Source: Chloroflexota bacterium (GTDB lineage Bacteria > Chloroflexota > Limnocylindria > Limnocylindrales > CSP1-4). Taken from it: a stretch of 63,950 bases of DNA. The position numbers and the translations under genes are program-made. This document shows, piece by piece, positions 32,345 to 41,758 of this stretch. The number at the start of each line of letters is the position of its first letter. The first letter of the stretch is position 1. The stretch is taken from the NCBI GenBank assembly GCA_025358515.1, contig JANYJG010000039.1, positions 1 through 63,950 on the forward strand, given 5' to 3'. The notes under the pieces were generated by a model. The model searched no databases. It was not told the DNA's origin and saw only the letters and a program-made list of their open reading frames with translations.

Positions 32345-32935
32345 GTGGCCCAAGTCAACGACGTATTGAGCTCGAACCTGGCCCTGGTCGTGGTCGCCTT
32401 GGTTGGCGTATGCGTGGCAGTGATCATCCTGTTGTCTGTCCTTGTAAGCCGGGTCAGCGTCCTTCGCCGGCGCCTGGACAATCTAACGAGGGGTGTGGAG
32501 GGCACAGATCTCGAGGCGGTTATGACGAAGCACCTTGAGTCCGTGTTCAAGGTCGCCCGGGATCTCGATGCGGCGAGCGGAAGGATCGAGGATCTTGAGG
32601 ATTCGGCTGTTGCCCATTTCTCGCACCTGGGTCTCATCCGCTTTAATCCGTTCAACGACATGGGCAGCAACCAGAGCTTTGCACTGGCCCTGCTCGACGG
32701 CCGTGGCAACGGGTTGGTGGTGAGCAGCCTCCACTCTCGCTCGGGAACGCGCTTGTATGCCAAACCCGTGACCGGCGGTCGAGCCGATGCCGCTCTATCC
32801 GACGAAGAAGCGCAGGCGATAGAGGTCGCCCTGGGGCACAAGAAGCGGGGGGCCAGCACGCCTGTGGTCCGGTCGGCGGCGGTGACCCGAGCGGGCAACC
32901 CTGTGCCACCAGCGGCGGATGCGCCTAGATTGTGA
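32345..32935 (+). CDS. DUF4446 family protein
   Basis: TM plus coiled coil, RFNPF.DMG..QSF.LALLD..GNG, YAKP, LSDEE. Confidence 0.85.
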   Translation: MAQVNDVLSSNLALVVVALVGVCVAVIILLSVLVSRVSVLRRRLDNLTRGVEGTDLEAVMTKHLESVFKVARDLDAASGRIEDLEDSAVAHFSHLGLIRFNPFNDMGSNQSFALALLDGRGNGLVVSSLHSRSGTRLYAKPVTGGRADAALSDEEAQAIEVALGHKKRGASTPVVRSAAVTRAGNPVPPAADAPRL

Positions 32936-32972
32936 CGCGTGAGATGTCACAGGGACCGGCGAGTCTGCACAT

Positions 32973-35900
32973 ATGACACGCCCGAGCCGCAGGACATCGC
33001 CCCGTGAACCGGCACCGCTGGAGCAGCTCCCCGTGTGGTGGGAAGCCGGTGGCCCAAACGACGCAACAGTAGGGCCGAGCGGTGCCGACGCGCTCCTGGC
33101 GGGGCTCAATACAGAGCAGCGTCGGGCCGTCTGTCATGGCGAGGGTCCGCTTCTCGTGGTGGCGGGCGCCGGCACGGGCAAGACCCAGGTAATCACCCGC
33201 CGGATCGCCTGGTTGATAGGCACGCGGCGGGCCAGGCCCTCGGAGATCCTGGCGTTGACCTTCACCGACAAAGCCGCAGAGGAAATGCAGACCCGCGTCG
33301 ATCAACTCGTCCCCTACGGCTACACGGATGCGGCCGTTTCGACGTTTCACGCCTTCGGCGATCGCCTGGTGAGAGAGTTCGCCTTGGAATTGGGCCTGCC
33401 CACGGACACCCGAGTCCTGTCGCGGCCGGAGGTAGTCATCTTCCTGCGGGAGCGGTTGTTCGCCTTCGAGCTCAACGAGTACCGGCCTCTGGGCGACCCC
33501 ACCCGCTTCCTGTCTGCCCTGGCGACGCTGTTCAGTCGCTGCAAGGACGAGGACGTGGCGCCGGCCGCGTATCTGGAATATGCAACGAACTTGGCGACCG
33601 CGGCAGCGGCCGATGCGTTGACCCTCGGACTGGAGGAGGCCGAGGCTCGCAAAGAGACGGCCGGCCGGCAAAGTGAGCTTGCGCGAGCATTCGCCAGGTA
33701 CCAGGAACTGCTCGGCGAAGCCGGCTTGATCGACTTCGGCGACCAGGTGAACCTGGCCTTGCGGCTTTTGCGCGAGTCGCCTTCCGTGTGCCAGGAATTG
33801 CAGCAGCGATTCCGTTACATCCTCGTGGACGAGTTTCAGGACACCAACAAGGCTCAGTCGGAGTTGGTCGAATTGCTTGCAGCCGGGCACGGAAACGTGA
33901 CTGTCGTCGGCGACGACGACCAGTCCATCTACAAGTTCCGCGGCGCCGCAATCAGCAACATCCTCGAATTCAAGAGACGCCATCCGCGCGCCGGCCAGGT
34001 TGTCCTGAAGCGGAACTACCGATCCCGCGCCCCGATCCTTGATGCCAGCTACCGCCTGATCCGCTTCAACGATCCGGACCGGCTCGAGTTCAGGAACGGG
34101 ATCGACAAGCGGCTCGTGCCAGAGCGTTCCGGGATCTCCGCGCCAGTTCGGCATCGGGTGTTTGCGACAAGTTCGGAAGAGTCCGATTGGGTCGCCCAGG
34201 AAATCTGCAGACGGGTTGCCGACGGGGCGCGGCCGCGCAATTTCGCTGTCCTGGTGCGGGCCAACGCGGAAGCGGATGCGGTTCTGCGCAGCTTGAACCT
34301 GGCCGGCATCCCGTGGCGATTCTCGGGCACGTCCGGGTTGTATGCACGGCCGGAGATCAGGCTGCTGCTGGCATTCCTGCGGTCGATCGCCGACCTTTCC
34401 TCCAGCGTTGACGTATACGGTCTGGCGGCGTCGGAGGTCTACGCCCTGGGTGGACCGGATCTGACCGCCATAGTCAACTCCGCGCGCCGCCGCAATCGGT
34501 CGCTGTGGGAGGTCCTGGAGGAGCTGACCCGTCAGCCCGGCCTGTTGCGACTTTCGCCCGAGACCAGGTCCGTGCTGGAACGGCTCGTGGCCGACGTGCT
34601 GCGCTTCACGGATCTAGCCCATGAGCGGCCGGCGGGGGAAGTGCTGTACCAGTTCCTGCGTGACAGCGGCATGCTATCGCGGCTGGCATCTACCGATTCG
34701 GTGGCGGCCGAGGAATCGCTGCAGAACATCGCCCGCTTCTTCGAGATCGTGCGGGGCCAATCGGACCTGCTACCCGATGACAGGGTCGTCTTCGTCGCCC
34801 GCCACCTGCAGACACTGATCGATGCCGGCGACGATCCGGCGACGGCGGAGGTCGATCCGGACGCGGACGCGGTCGCGGTTCTGACCGTACACAAGGCCAA
34901 GGGCCTTGAATTCCCAGTTGTCTTCATGGTTGGGTTGATCGACGGGCGGTTCCCGGCCCGGACCCGGCGGGAGCCACTGGCATTGCCGGCTGAACTCGTG
35001 AACGAGGTTCTTCCGGAGGGCGACGCTCACGTCCAGGAAGAGCGGCGCCTCTTCTACGTCGGCATGACGCGCGCCCGCGACGAATTGATCCTGACCAACG
35101 CGGTGGACTATGGCGGGCGGCGGGCCCGGCGCGTGTCGCAGTTCGTGCTGGAGGCGCTGGACCTGCAGGCGGCCGCGCCGACGTTGCCCACCTCCGCCGC
35201 CGACGGCACGGGCCCGGGGGTTGCCGCGGCGACCGCTGCCGCTTCGGCTGGTCCGGCAGGTCACATTCCCCAGTCGCCGCTGGAGCGGCTGGCCATCTTC
35301 GAGCCCAAACCGCCACCTGCCGAATTGGAACGCGAGCCGGACGAGGGGCCGCTCTCGCTGAGCTTCTACCAGGTGGACGACTATCTGACGTGTCCGTTGA
35401 AGTACAAGTACGTCCACATCCTGCGAGTGCCGATCGCGCCGCACCACTCGATTGTCTATGGCTCGGCCCTCCACAGGGCAGTGCAGGAATTCCACCGCCG
35501 CCAGGCTAAGAACTACACGATGACCGAGGACGAGTTGCTGGAGGCGTTCGATCGGGCCTGGTCCAACGAGGGCTTCATGACTCGGGAGCATGAAGAGGCC
35601 CGGCTGGCGGCGGGTCGGGCCGCGTTGTGCCGGTTCCGTGTGGAGGCGATGCGGCCCGAGGCGGTGGTGCCGGCATACGTGGAGAGGGAGTTCAGCTTTA
35701 CCCTGGACGGCGATCGCATACGCGGTCGAATGGACCGTGTGGACGTGCAGAGGGTTGCCCCCGGCGAGGAGCGCGATGGGGCGGGGGAGCGCCAGCATGC
35801 AGACGTGGCGTCGCCTGCGTTGCCTGGCCTGTATCCAGATCGAGTGACCATTACGGACTACAAATCCAGCGACGTTCGAGACCCCGTCAGGGCGAAGGAA

Positions 35901-36170
35901 CGCGCTCGTGACTCGCTGCAGCTCCAGATCTACGCCATGGCTTATCAGGCCGAGACGGGCCGCCTGCCGGACTCGCTGCAGTTGTGGTTCTTGGAGTCGG
36001 GGCTCGTGGGTCGTGTCGAGGTGGAGGAGAAGCGCTTGGACAAAGCCAGAGCATCGATCCGGCGAGCTGCCGCTGGAATTCGGTCGCGCCGATTTGCGGC
36101 AACGCCCGATTACCTATCCTGCGGCTACTGCGCCTTCCGCGACATATGCCCCTCGAGTGCGGCCAAATGA
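32973..36170 (+). CDS. UvrD/PcrA-like helicase fused to a PD-(D/E)XK nuclease with a 4-Cys cluster
   Basis: AGAGTGKT, VDEFQD, GDDDQSIY.FRGA, TVHKAKGLEF, EERRLFYV.MTRA; GRMDRV, DYKS, QL.IY, CP...CGYC.FRDIC. Confidence 0.93.
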   Translation: MTRPSRRTSPREPAPLEQLPVWWEAGGPNDATVGPSGADALLAGLNTEQRRAVCHGEGPLLVVAGAGTGKTQVITRRIAWLIGTRRARPSEILALTFTDKAAEEMQTRVDQLVPYGYTDAAVSTFHAFGDRLVREFALELGLPTDTRVLSRPEVVIFLRERLFAFELNEYRPLGDPTRFLSALATLFSRCKDEDVAPAAYLEYATNLATAAAADALTLGLEEAEARKETAGRQSELARAFARYQELLGEAGLIDFGDQVNLALRLLRESPSVCQELQQRFRYILVDEFQDTNKAQSELVELLAAGHGNVTVVGDDDQSIYKFRGAAISNILEFKRRHPRAGQVVLKRNYRSRAPILDASYRLIRFNDPDRLEFRNGIDKRLVPERSGISAPVRHRVFATSSEESDWVAQEICRRVADGARPRNFAVLVRANAEADAVLRSLNLAGIPWRFSGTSGLYARPEIRLLLAFLRSIADLSSSVDVYGLAASEVYALGGPDLTAIVNSARRRNRSLWEVLEELTRQPGLLRLSPETRSVLERLVADVLRFTDLAHERPAGEVLYQFLRDSGMLSRLASTDSVAAEESLQNIARFFEIVRGQSDLLPDDRVVFVARHLQTLIDAGDDPATAEVDPDADAVAVLTVHKAKGLEFPVVFMVGLIDGRFPARTRREPLALPAELVNEVLPEGDAHVQEERRLFYVGMTRARDELILTNAVDYGGRRARRVSQFVLEALDLQAAAPTLPTSAADGTGPGVAAATAAASAGPAGHIPQSPLERLAIFEPKPPPAELEREPDEGPLSLSFYQVDDYLTCPLKYKYVHILRVPIAPHHSIVYGSALHRAVQEFHRRQAKNYTMTEDELLEAFDRAWSNEGFMTREHEEARLAAGRAALCRFRVEAMRPEAVVPAYVEREFSFTLDGDRIRGRMDRVDVQRVAPGEERDGAGERQHADVASPALPGLYPDRVTITDYKSSDVRDPVRAKERARDSLQLQIYAMAYQAETGRLPDSLQLWFLESGLVGRVEVEEKRLDKARASIRRAAAGIRSRRFAATPDYLSCGYCAFRDICPSSAAK

Positions 36171-37051
36171 GCGACGCGCGAGAGCCGCGGCGGCGGGGGC
36201 ATGATGGGATCGAACTCGGGCTGTCCATAGAGGCCATCACATTCGACTTCGGCAATACCCTTGTGCCTTTCCCGGCCGCTCCGATGGCCGATGTCCTGAG
36301 CCTGACGGCGGCTCGCGTGGCAGGGCCGCTGTGTGTCTCGACGACGGACTTCGTTCGTGTCTGGGGCGAGGAGCGGCTGCGGCAGTTCGATGAGGACGTG
36401 CCCGAAGGCCGCGAGGCAGACATGGGCGTGCGTGCCCTGCGGGTGCTGGCCCGGCTGCGGGGCCACCCGGAGCCGGCGACTCGGGATCGATGGGACGATT
36501 CGGCCGCGGCGTCGTTCTCGCGAGCGGCGGAGGTCGAAACGATCCTCGAGACTTACGCCGGAGTTTTCGTCCAGGTGACACCGGTTCCGCCCGCAATTGG
36601 GCCGATGCTGGCCCGGCTGTCGAATTTGTACTCGCTGGCCGTTCTGTCCAACTGGCCGCTGGGCCTGGCGGTGGAGCGATATCTGGAGTCGGCCGGCTGG
36701 GCCCGGCATTTATCGGCAATCGTGATCTCGCAGCGGGTCGGTTCGATCAAGCCGTGGCCGGAGATCTTCCTCGAGGCGGCGAGGATACTGGGTGTGCCCT
36801 CTGGGCCTCGACTTTTACACGTCGGCGACGATCTGGGCGCAGACATTAGTGGGGCCCATGACGTGGGTTGGCGGACGGCCTGGGTCACGGTCAAGCCTGA
36901 GGACTCACCGCTTCCGACGGCGCCGCTGGCCCCCACGGTGCGGATGGCGGCGCCGGATGTGGTTCTCGGAACGGTCCTGGACCTGGAGGCCGTCTTGGGG
37001 CTCCGGGAGGGCGGGTGGACCGATACGGCAGCGGGGACGGGGTGCGGGTGA
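36167..37051 (+). CDS. HAD family hydrolase
   Basis: FDFGNTL, LSNW, KP.PEIF, HVGDD..AD..GA. Confidence 0.88.
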   Translation: MSDAREPRRRGHDGIELGLSIEAITFDFGNTLVPFPAAPMADVLSLTAARVAGPLCVSTTDFVRVWGEERLRQFDEDVPEGREADMGVRALRVLARLRGHPEPATRDRWDDSAAASFSRAAEVETILETYAGVFVQVTPVPPAIGPMLARLSNLYSLAVLSNWPLGLAVERYLESAGWARHLSAIVISQRVGSIKPWPEIFLEAARILGVPSGPRLLHVGDDLGADISGAHDVGWRTAWVTVKPEDSPLPTAPLAPTVRMAAPDVVLGTVLDLEAVLGLREGGWTDTAAGTGCG

Positions 37052-37090
37052 AGCCGCACCCGACGCAGCTTGACACGTAGACTGGGCGGT

Positions 37091-37465
37091 ATGGAAGGCC
37101 GAGACCGGCTCATCAACTACGCGTTCATAGCGGCTGCCGTGGCGGCCTGGGCGGTCGTCTTTCAGATCGTCACCACAACCTACCCGCGAGACAACCCCTC
37201 TGCGGGCCTGGCCGGCGCGGGCGCGATCGGTCTGGCCTGCGCTCTCATGACGACGCCACTGTTCTGGCTGGCCCCGTTCGCGCGCCACCGTCGTATCGCA
37301 TTCCGGGGCGACTGGTCCCGGGCCATCCGACGTGGCAGCTGGATCGGGATCGTGACCGCGCTTTTCGTGGCGCTGCGGGTACAGGGCGTCTTGAACTTGC
37401 CGATAGCTGTATTCGTGGTTGTCCTCGTTGTGATGGCCGAGGTCACCCTTTCATTCGAGCGCTAG
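37091..37465 (+). CDS. Small four-TM membrane protein
   Basis: Four hydrophobic helices, AIRRG motif, TAGACT 7 nt upstream. Confidence 0.75.
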   Translation: MEGRDRLINYAFIAAAVAAWAVVFQIVTTTYPRDNPSAGLAGAGAIGLACALMTTPLFWLAPFARHRRIAFRGDWSRAIRRGSWIGIVTALFVALRVQGVLNLPIAVFVVVLVVMAEVTLSFER

Positions 37466-37580
37466 CTGGCCGAGCGCTAGCTGGCCGAGCGGTTGCGCCG
37501 AGCGGTAGCCGCCCAAAGTTCCGGTCGTCCCCTTTGCAGCGTTCTCGTGCTGGACTCAGAGACGCGGTAGGCTTAGGCCG

Positions 37581-38396
37581 ATGTCAGAGTTGCGTCGGGA
37601 TCCAGAAGCTGCGGCTGCGCTCGCCCGTCTGTACGACCTAGACCTGCTCGACGAACCCGGCGATCTCGATCTCTACCTGGCGCTGGCTTCGAGGGTCGGC
37701 GGACCCATCCTGGAGCTTGCCGCGGGATCGGGGCGGCTGGCTGTGCCGCTTGCCGAGGCGGGCTACGACGTCACCGCCGTCGATATCGATCCGGCAATGC
37801 TCGCTCGCCTGCGGACGCGAGCCGGCGAAGCCGAGCCGGGCACCCTGGGTCGCATCCTGCCGGTCCAGGCGGACCTCATCGGGCTGGAGTTGCCGGGCGG
37901 AGCGAGGTTCCGGCTGGCCTTCGTGGCTCTGAATTCGATCCTGTTGCTGTCCGGACGCGAGGCTCAGCAAGCGGCGCTGGACACGATGGCACGCCACTTG
38001 GTGCCCGGCGGGGTGGCAGTGGTGGACGCGTGGCTTCCGGGTGCCGACGAGTTGGCTCGATACGACGGCCGTCTCGGCCTCGAATACGTGCGAGACGATC
38101 CCGAGACCGGGATGATGGTGACGAAGATTGCGGGAGCGCAACACGAGCCGGTCGGCAGCCTCGTCCGGCTGACCTGCATCTACGACGAATTCCAACAGGG
38201 CGGGACCGTTCGGCGGTGGATCCGCCAGGACCGATTACGGCTTCTGGGGGTTGATGAACTGAAGGTCATGGCCGAGTCCGCAGGCTTCGACATTGAGGTT
38301 CTGGCGGGGGACTACGATCTCGATCTTATCGGACCCCATGACGAACGGGTGGTCCTCGTAGCGCGTAGGCGGGGCAGACCCGGCCCGCGTCCTTGA
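37581..38396 (+). CDS. Class I SAM-dependent methyltransferase
   Basis: ILELAAGSGR, VTAVDID.AML, HLVPGG. Confidence 0.9.
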   Translation: MSELRRDPEAAAALARLYDLDLLDEPGDLDLYLALASRVGGPILELAAGSGRLAVPLAEAGYDVTAVDIDPAMLARLRTRAGEAEPGTLGRILPVQADLIGLELPGGARFRLAFVALNSILLLSGREAQQAALDTMARHLVPGGVAVVDAWLPGADELARYDGRLGLEYVRDDPETGMMVTKIAGAQHEPVGSLVRLTCIYDEFQQGGTVRRWIRQDRLRLLGVDELKVMAESAGFDIEVLAGDYDLDLIGPHDERVVLVARRRGRPGPRP

Positions 38397-38408
38397 TATA
38401 GTCGCTTC

Positions 38409-39551
38409 GTGGTTGCACCCACCTCAATTCGATTGGTATTCGCGGAAGACGTTCCGCAGGTAAGTCAGCACGTCCGGAATCTGCTGAGCGTTCAGTCTCA
38501 GGTGAAGCTGCTCGAGGTCCTGAGCGACGGTTCTAAGGTCGTTGAGGCCACCCAACAGCTTCGGCCCGACGTGGTCCTGGTAGACCTGCTGCTTCAAGGC
38601 AAGGTCAAGGGCCCTGAACTGATCGAGAAGCTGCGCGACTCTGGGCTGGAGATTCCCGTGGTCGTCCTGACCGTGCCTCAGCACCCGTTGGCCCGCGACC
38701 AGGCCCGCGGTATTGACGCCGTCCTGACTCTGCCATTTAGTGGGTTCGAGCTCGTCAACACCCTGGCCCACGTTCTGTCGGCTCGCCAGGCTGTGACAAG
38801 CGGCGCCTGCCGAGTCGTTTCCGTCTTCTCGCCGAAGGGGGGCGTCGGCAAGACTACGATCGCTTTCAACCTGGCGGTTTCGCTCGGGCAGCTCGGCGTG
38901 CGCACGGCGCTTATCGACGGCAGCCTCCAGTACGGCGACCTGCGGGCTCTCCTGAAGGTGCCGAGCGACGTGCCCTCGATTCTCGACCTGCCCACCGATC
39001 GAGTCCAGGAATCGGACCTGCGCGAAGTCATGTGGAAGGATCCGGCCGGGATCGACATTCTGTTGGCTCCGCCGCGAGTCGAGATGGCCGAGATGGTCAC
39101 GGTCCGTGACGTAGAAAAGACGATCTCGCTCCTGCGCCGGCTATACGAGGCGGTCGTCATCGACACGCCCGTAGTCCTGTCCGAAATAACCCTCTCGTTT
39201 CTCGATGCCAGCGACGTCGTGCTCTCGATCGTGACCTACGACTCGACCACGATTCACAACACTATCGCTGTTGGCGAAGCGTTCGCCTCGATCGGCTACA
39301 CGCCTGAGAAGGTCCAGTACCTGGTGAACCGCACCGACTCAACCGGCGGCATCAGCCGCGACGAACTGGCGCGAGCTCTCGGTCGCAAGCCCGAGTTCGA
39401 GGTTGTGTCGGACGGGCGGCTCGTGGTTCAGGCCAACAACGAGGGCATGCCGTTCGTCGTGTCCAGCCCGGACGCCGCAGTCAGCCGCGACATTCGCCGC
39501 ACCGCTGCCGCGCTCATAGGCCGACCGGTCGGCGCCGCCGTGAGACCCTGA
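38409..39551 (+). CDS. Receiver domain + MinD/ParA-type ATPase (CpaE/TadZ-like)
   Basis: REC (AED...RPDVVLVD), deviant Walker A PKGGVGKTT, DGSLQYGD, VIDTP, NEGMP. Confidence 0.88.
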   Translation: MVAPTSIRLVFAEDVPQVSQHVRNLLSVQSQVKLLEVLSDGSKVVEATQQLRPDVVLVDLLLQGKVKGPELIEKLRDSGLEIPVVVLTVPQHPLARDQARGIDAVLTLPFSGFELVNTLAHVLSARQAVTSGACRVVSVFSPKGGVGKTTIAFNLAVSLGQLGVRTALIDGSLQYGDLRALLKVPSDVPSILDLPTDRVQESDLREVMWKDPAGIDILLAPPRVEMAEMVTVRDVEKTISLLRRLYEAVVIDTPVVLSEITLSFLDASDVVLSIVTYDSTTIHNTIAVGEAFASIGYTPEKVQYLVNRTDSTGGISRDELARALGRKPEFEVVSDGRLVVQANNEGMPFVVSSPDAAVSRDIRRTAAALIGRPVGAAVRP

Positions 39552-39554
39552 GGC

Positions 39555-40472
39555 GTGTCCGATTCGCGACCGATCGGGGTCTTCGACTCCGGAGTAGGCG
39601 GTTTAACCGTCCTGCGCGAGATTCTGCGCCGCTCGCCCTTCGAATCGACGCTGTACCTGGGCGATAACGCCCGTGCTCCGTACGGCACCCGAAGCGACGA
39701 CGAGGTTCGGCGTTTCAGCGTCCAATGTCTGGATGCGCTGGTGCGCCGTGACGTGAAGGCGCTGGTCGTAGCCTGCAACACCTCCACCTCCGTGGCCCTC
39801 GGCGACTTCCGGCGCCGCTACAACTTGCCCGTACTGGGCGTGGTTAGACCCGGCGCCGCCGCCGCGGCCCTGGCCACGCGCAACCGGCGTGTCGGGGTGA
39901 TCGCCACACCGGCCACGGTGCGGTCGCGAGCCTACTTCAACGCCATAAAGGACGAGAATCCGGCCGTGGAGGTGTACGAGCACGCTACGCCTTCCCTGGT
40001 GCCGCTCGTGGAGGCGGGACGTCTTTCCGGTGAGGAAGTCGAAGCTGCCGTTCGCGATGCGGTTGCGCCGCTGCTGGGGACGCGCAATGCCGACGGGGAG
40101 TTCATCTTCCCGTTGCCACCGTCCGCCCGGATCGACACGCTGCTCCTGGGCTGTACCCACTACCCATTGCTGGCGGCGATTTTGCGCGAGTCTGTCGGCG
40201 ACGGAGTGGCGATTGTCGACTCCGCGACGGCCACGGCGTCGTCGCTGGCGGAGCTGCTGTCCGTTAATGGGCTGGAGGCGCCGGGCACGACGCGAGGCAC
40301 AGCCGCCGACGCGGGCAGGGCAGGCCACGAGCGACCCACGGAGGTCGCGGCCGCGCCGGTCCACCGGCAGTTCACGACAGGTGATGTGACCGCGTTCCGA
40401 GCGGTCGCGGAGCGCATGTTCGGCGAGACATTCCCTGACGTCGAGGCGATCGATCTGGAGGCCGGCGTCTGA
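39555..40472 (+). CDS. murI: Glutamate racemase
   Basis: FDSGVGGLTV, PYG, ACNT, LGCTHYP. Confidence 0.96.
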   Translation: MSDSRPIGVFDSGVGGLTVLREILRRSPFESTLYLGDNARAPYGTRSDDEVRRFSVQCLDALVRRDVKALVVACNTSTSVALGDFRRRYNLPVLGVVRPGAAAAALATRNRRVGVIATPATVRSRAYFNAIKDENPAVEVYEHATPSLVPLVEAGRLSGEEVEAAVRDAVAPLLGTRNADGEFIFPLPPSARIDTLLLGCTHYPLLAAILRESVGDGVAIVDSATATASSLAELLSVNGLEAPGTTRGTAADAGRAGHERPTEVAAAPVHRQFTTGDVTAFRAVAERMFGETFPDVEAIDLEAGV

Positions 40473-41704
40473 TGAGCGGCCGAGCGGGGAACCGCGCCGG
40501 CGCGCGCAGCGGGCCGTCCGGTAGGCGCTCTCTCTGGCGGGATACGTTTCTGCAGGCCGGCTTCCTAATCGGTGCAGGCACCGGAGCGGCGGTCATCTTC
40601 CTCGGGAGATTGGCAGAGCGATCCGCACGGCGCGGTCTGATCGACTGGGACGCTGCTGAAAGAGTCGCGGTTTCGCGGGTCCGGCACGCGCCCGGGACAC
40701 TTTCGCCGGAGGAACTTGCCGCGGCCGGCCCGGCCTACGCCACGGCCATGGAATGTATCGTCCCGGCGCTCAGCGCGGCGCTTCAAACGGACCTGCCAGG
40801 AATTGTGGGCCGGAGCGGAGTGGTCGATCGGGCGGGCTGGATCCACGCCAACGTCACCACCTTCGCGAAGTTGATGACGGGGGTCGAAGGTCGGCTCCTC
40901 GACGAAGTCCTGCCACCCGGCGCTGGACTGGTGAAGTCGACGATGGCGATCGCCAACCGCGCCATTACTACCCGCCAGTTCGGCTATTTGCTGGGGTTCC
41001 TGGGAGGTCGGGTGCTGGGTCAGTACGACCTGGCGATGCTCACGGCCGAGACCACGCCGGGTCGGCTGCTCTTCGTGGAGGAGAACATCCGCCGGACCGC
41101 GGCTGTTCTCGACGTACCGATCGGGCCGTTCCGCACATGGATCGCCCTGCACGAAACCACTCACGCCTTCGAATTCGAGGCCCATCCGTGGCTTCGGCCT
41201 TACCTCTCTGCCCGGTTGGAGCACCAGCTGACCTCCCTCTCCAGCGGAGCGTCGCTGCTGAACCGCGCTGCCATAGGGAGACTCGGCCGAACGCTGCGGG
41301 GCAACGCCACTGGGACGTCCTGGATGGAAGGGCTGATGAGCGAGGATCAGCGCCGCGAGTTCCGCGAGCTCCAGGCGGTGATGAGCCTGCTCGAAGGTTT
41401 CGGCGACTACGTCATGGACGAGGTCGGGCGTGAGTTGGTCCCGGACGTGGAGACGATCAGCGCCCGCTTCCATGCCAGGCGCGAACAGCGCACGACGTTC
41501 GAACGGGCGATGATGCGCATTACGGGCATGGATCTCAAGATGGAGCAGTACCGCAAGGGCGAGGCATTCGTGGCAGCCATCGCTCGGAGCGGCGGAACCG
41601 AGGCGCTGCGGCTGCTGTGGCTCAGCCCGGATACGTTGCCCAAACCGGAGGAGATCGACCTGCCCTCACTTTGGGTCGCGCGGGTAATGGGCGCGGCGTC
41701 ATGA
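40472..41704 (+). CDS. Zincin-like metallopeptidase (DUF2342 / F420-associated family)
   Basis: VLGQYD, WIALHETTHAFEF (HExxH), MSLLEG, KMEQY..G..F. Confidence 0.88.
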   Translation: MSGRAGNRAGARSGPSGRRSLWRDTFLQAGFLIGAGTGAAVIFLGRLAERSARRGLIDWDAAERVAVSRVRHAPGTLSPEELAAAGPAYATAMECIVPALSAALQTDLPGIVGRSGVVDRAGWIHANVTTFAKLMTGVEGRLLDEVLPPGAGLVKSTMAIANRAITTRQFGYLLGFLGGRVLGQYDLAMLTAETTPGRLLFVEENIRRTAAVLDVPIGPFRTWIALHETTHAFEFEAHPWLRPYLSARLEHQLTSLSSGASLLNRAAIGRLGRTLRGNATGTSWMEGLMSEDQRREFRELQAVMSLLEGFGDYVMDEVGRELVPDVETISARFHARREQRTTFERAMMRITGMDLKMEQYRKGEAFVAAIARSGGTEALRLLWLSPDTLPKPEEIDLPSLWVARVMGAAS

Positions 41705-41758
41705 ACGCCGTGCCGCGCGTCACCGTCGTTGGCCGGGCAGGCATCGGGAGGTGCACCC

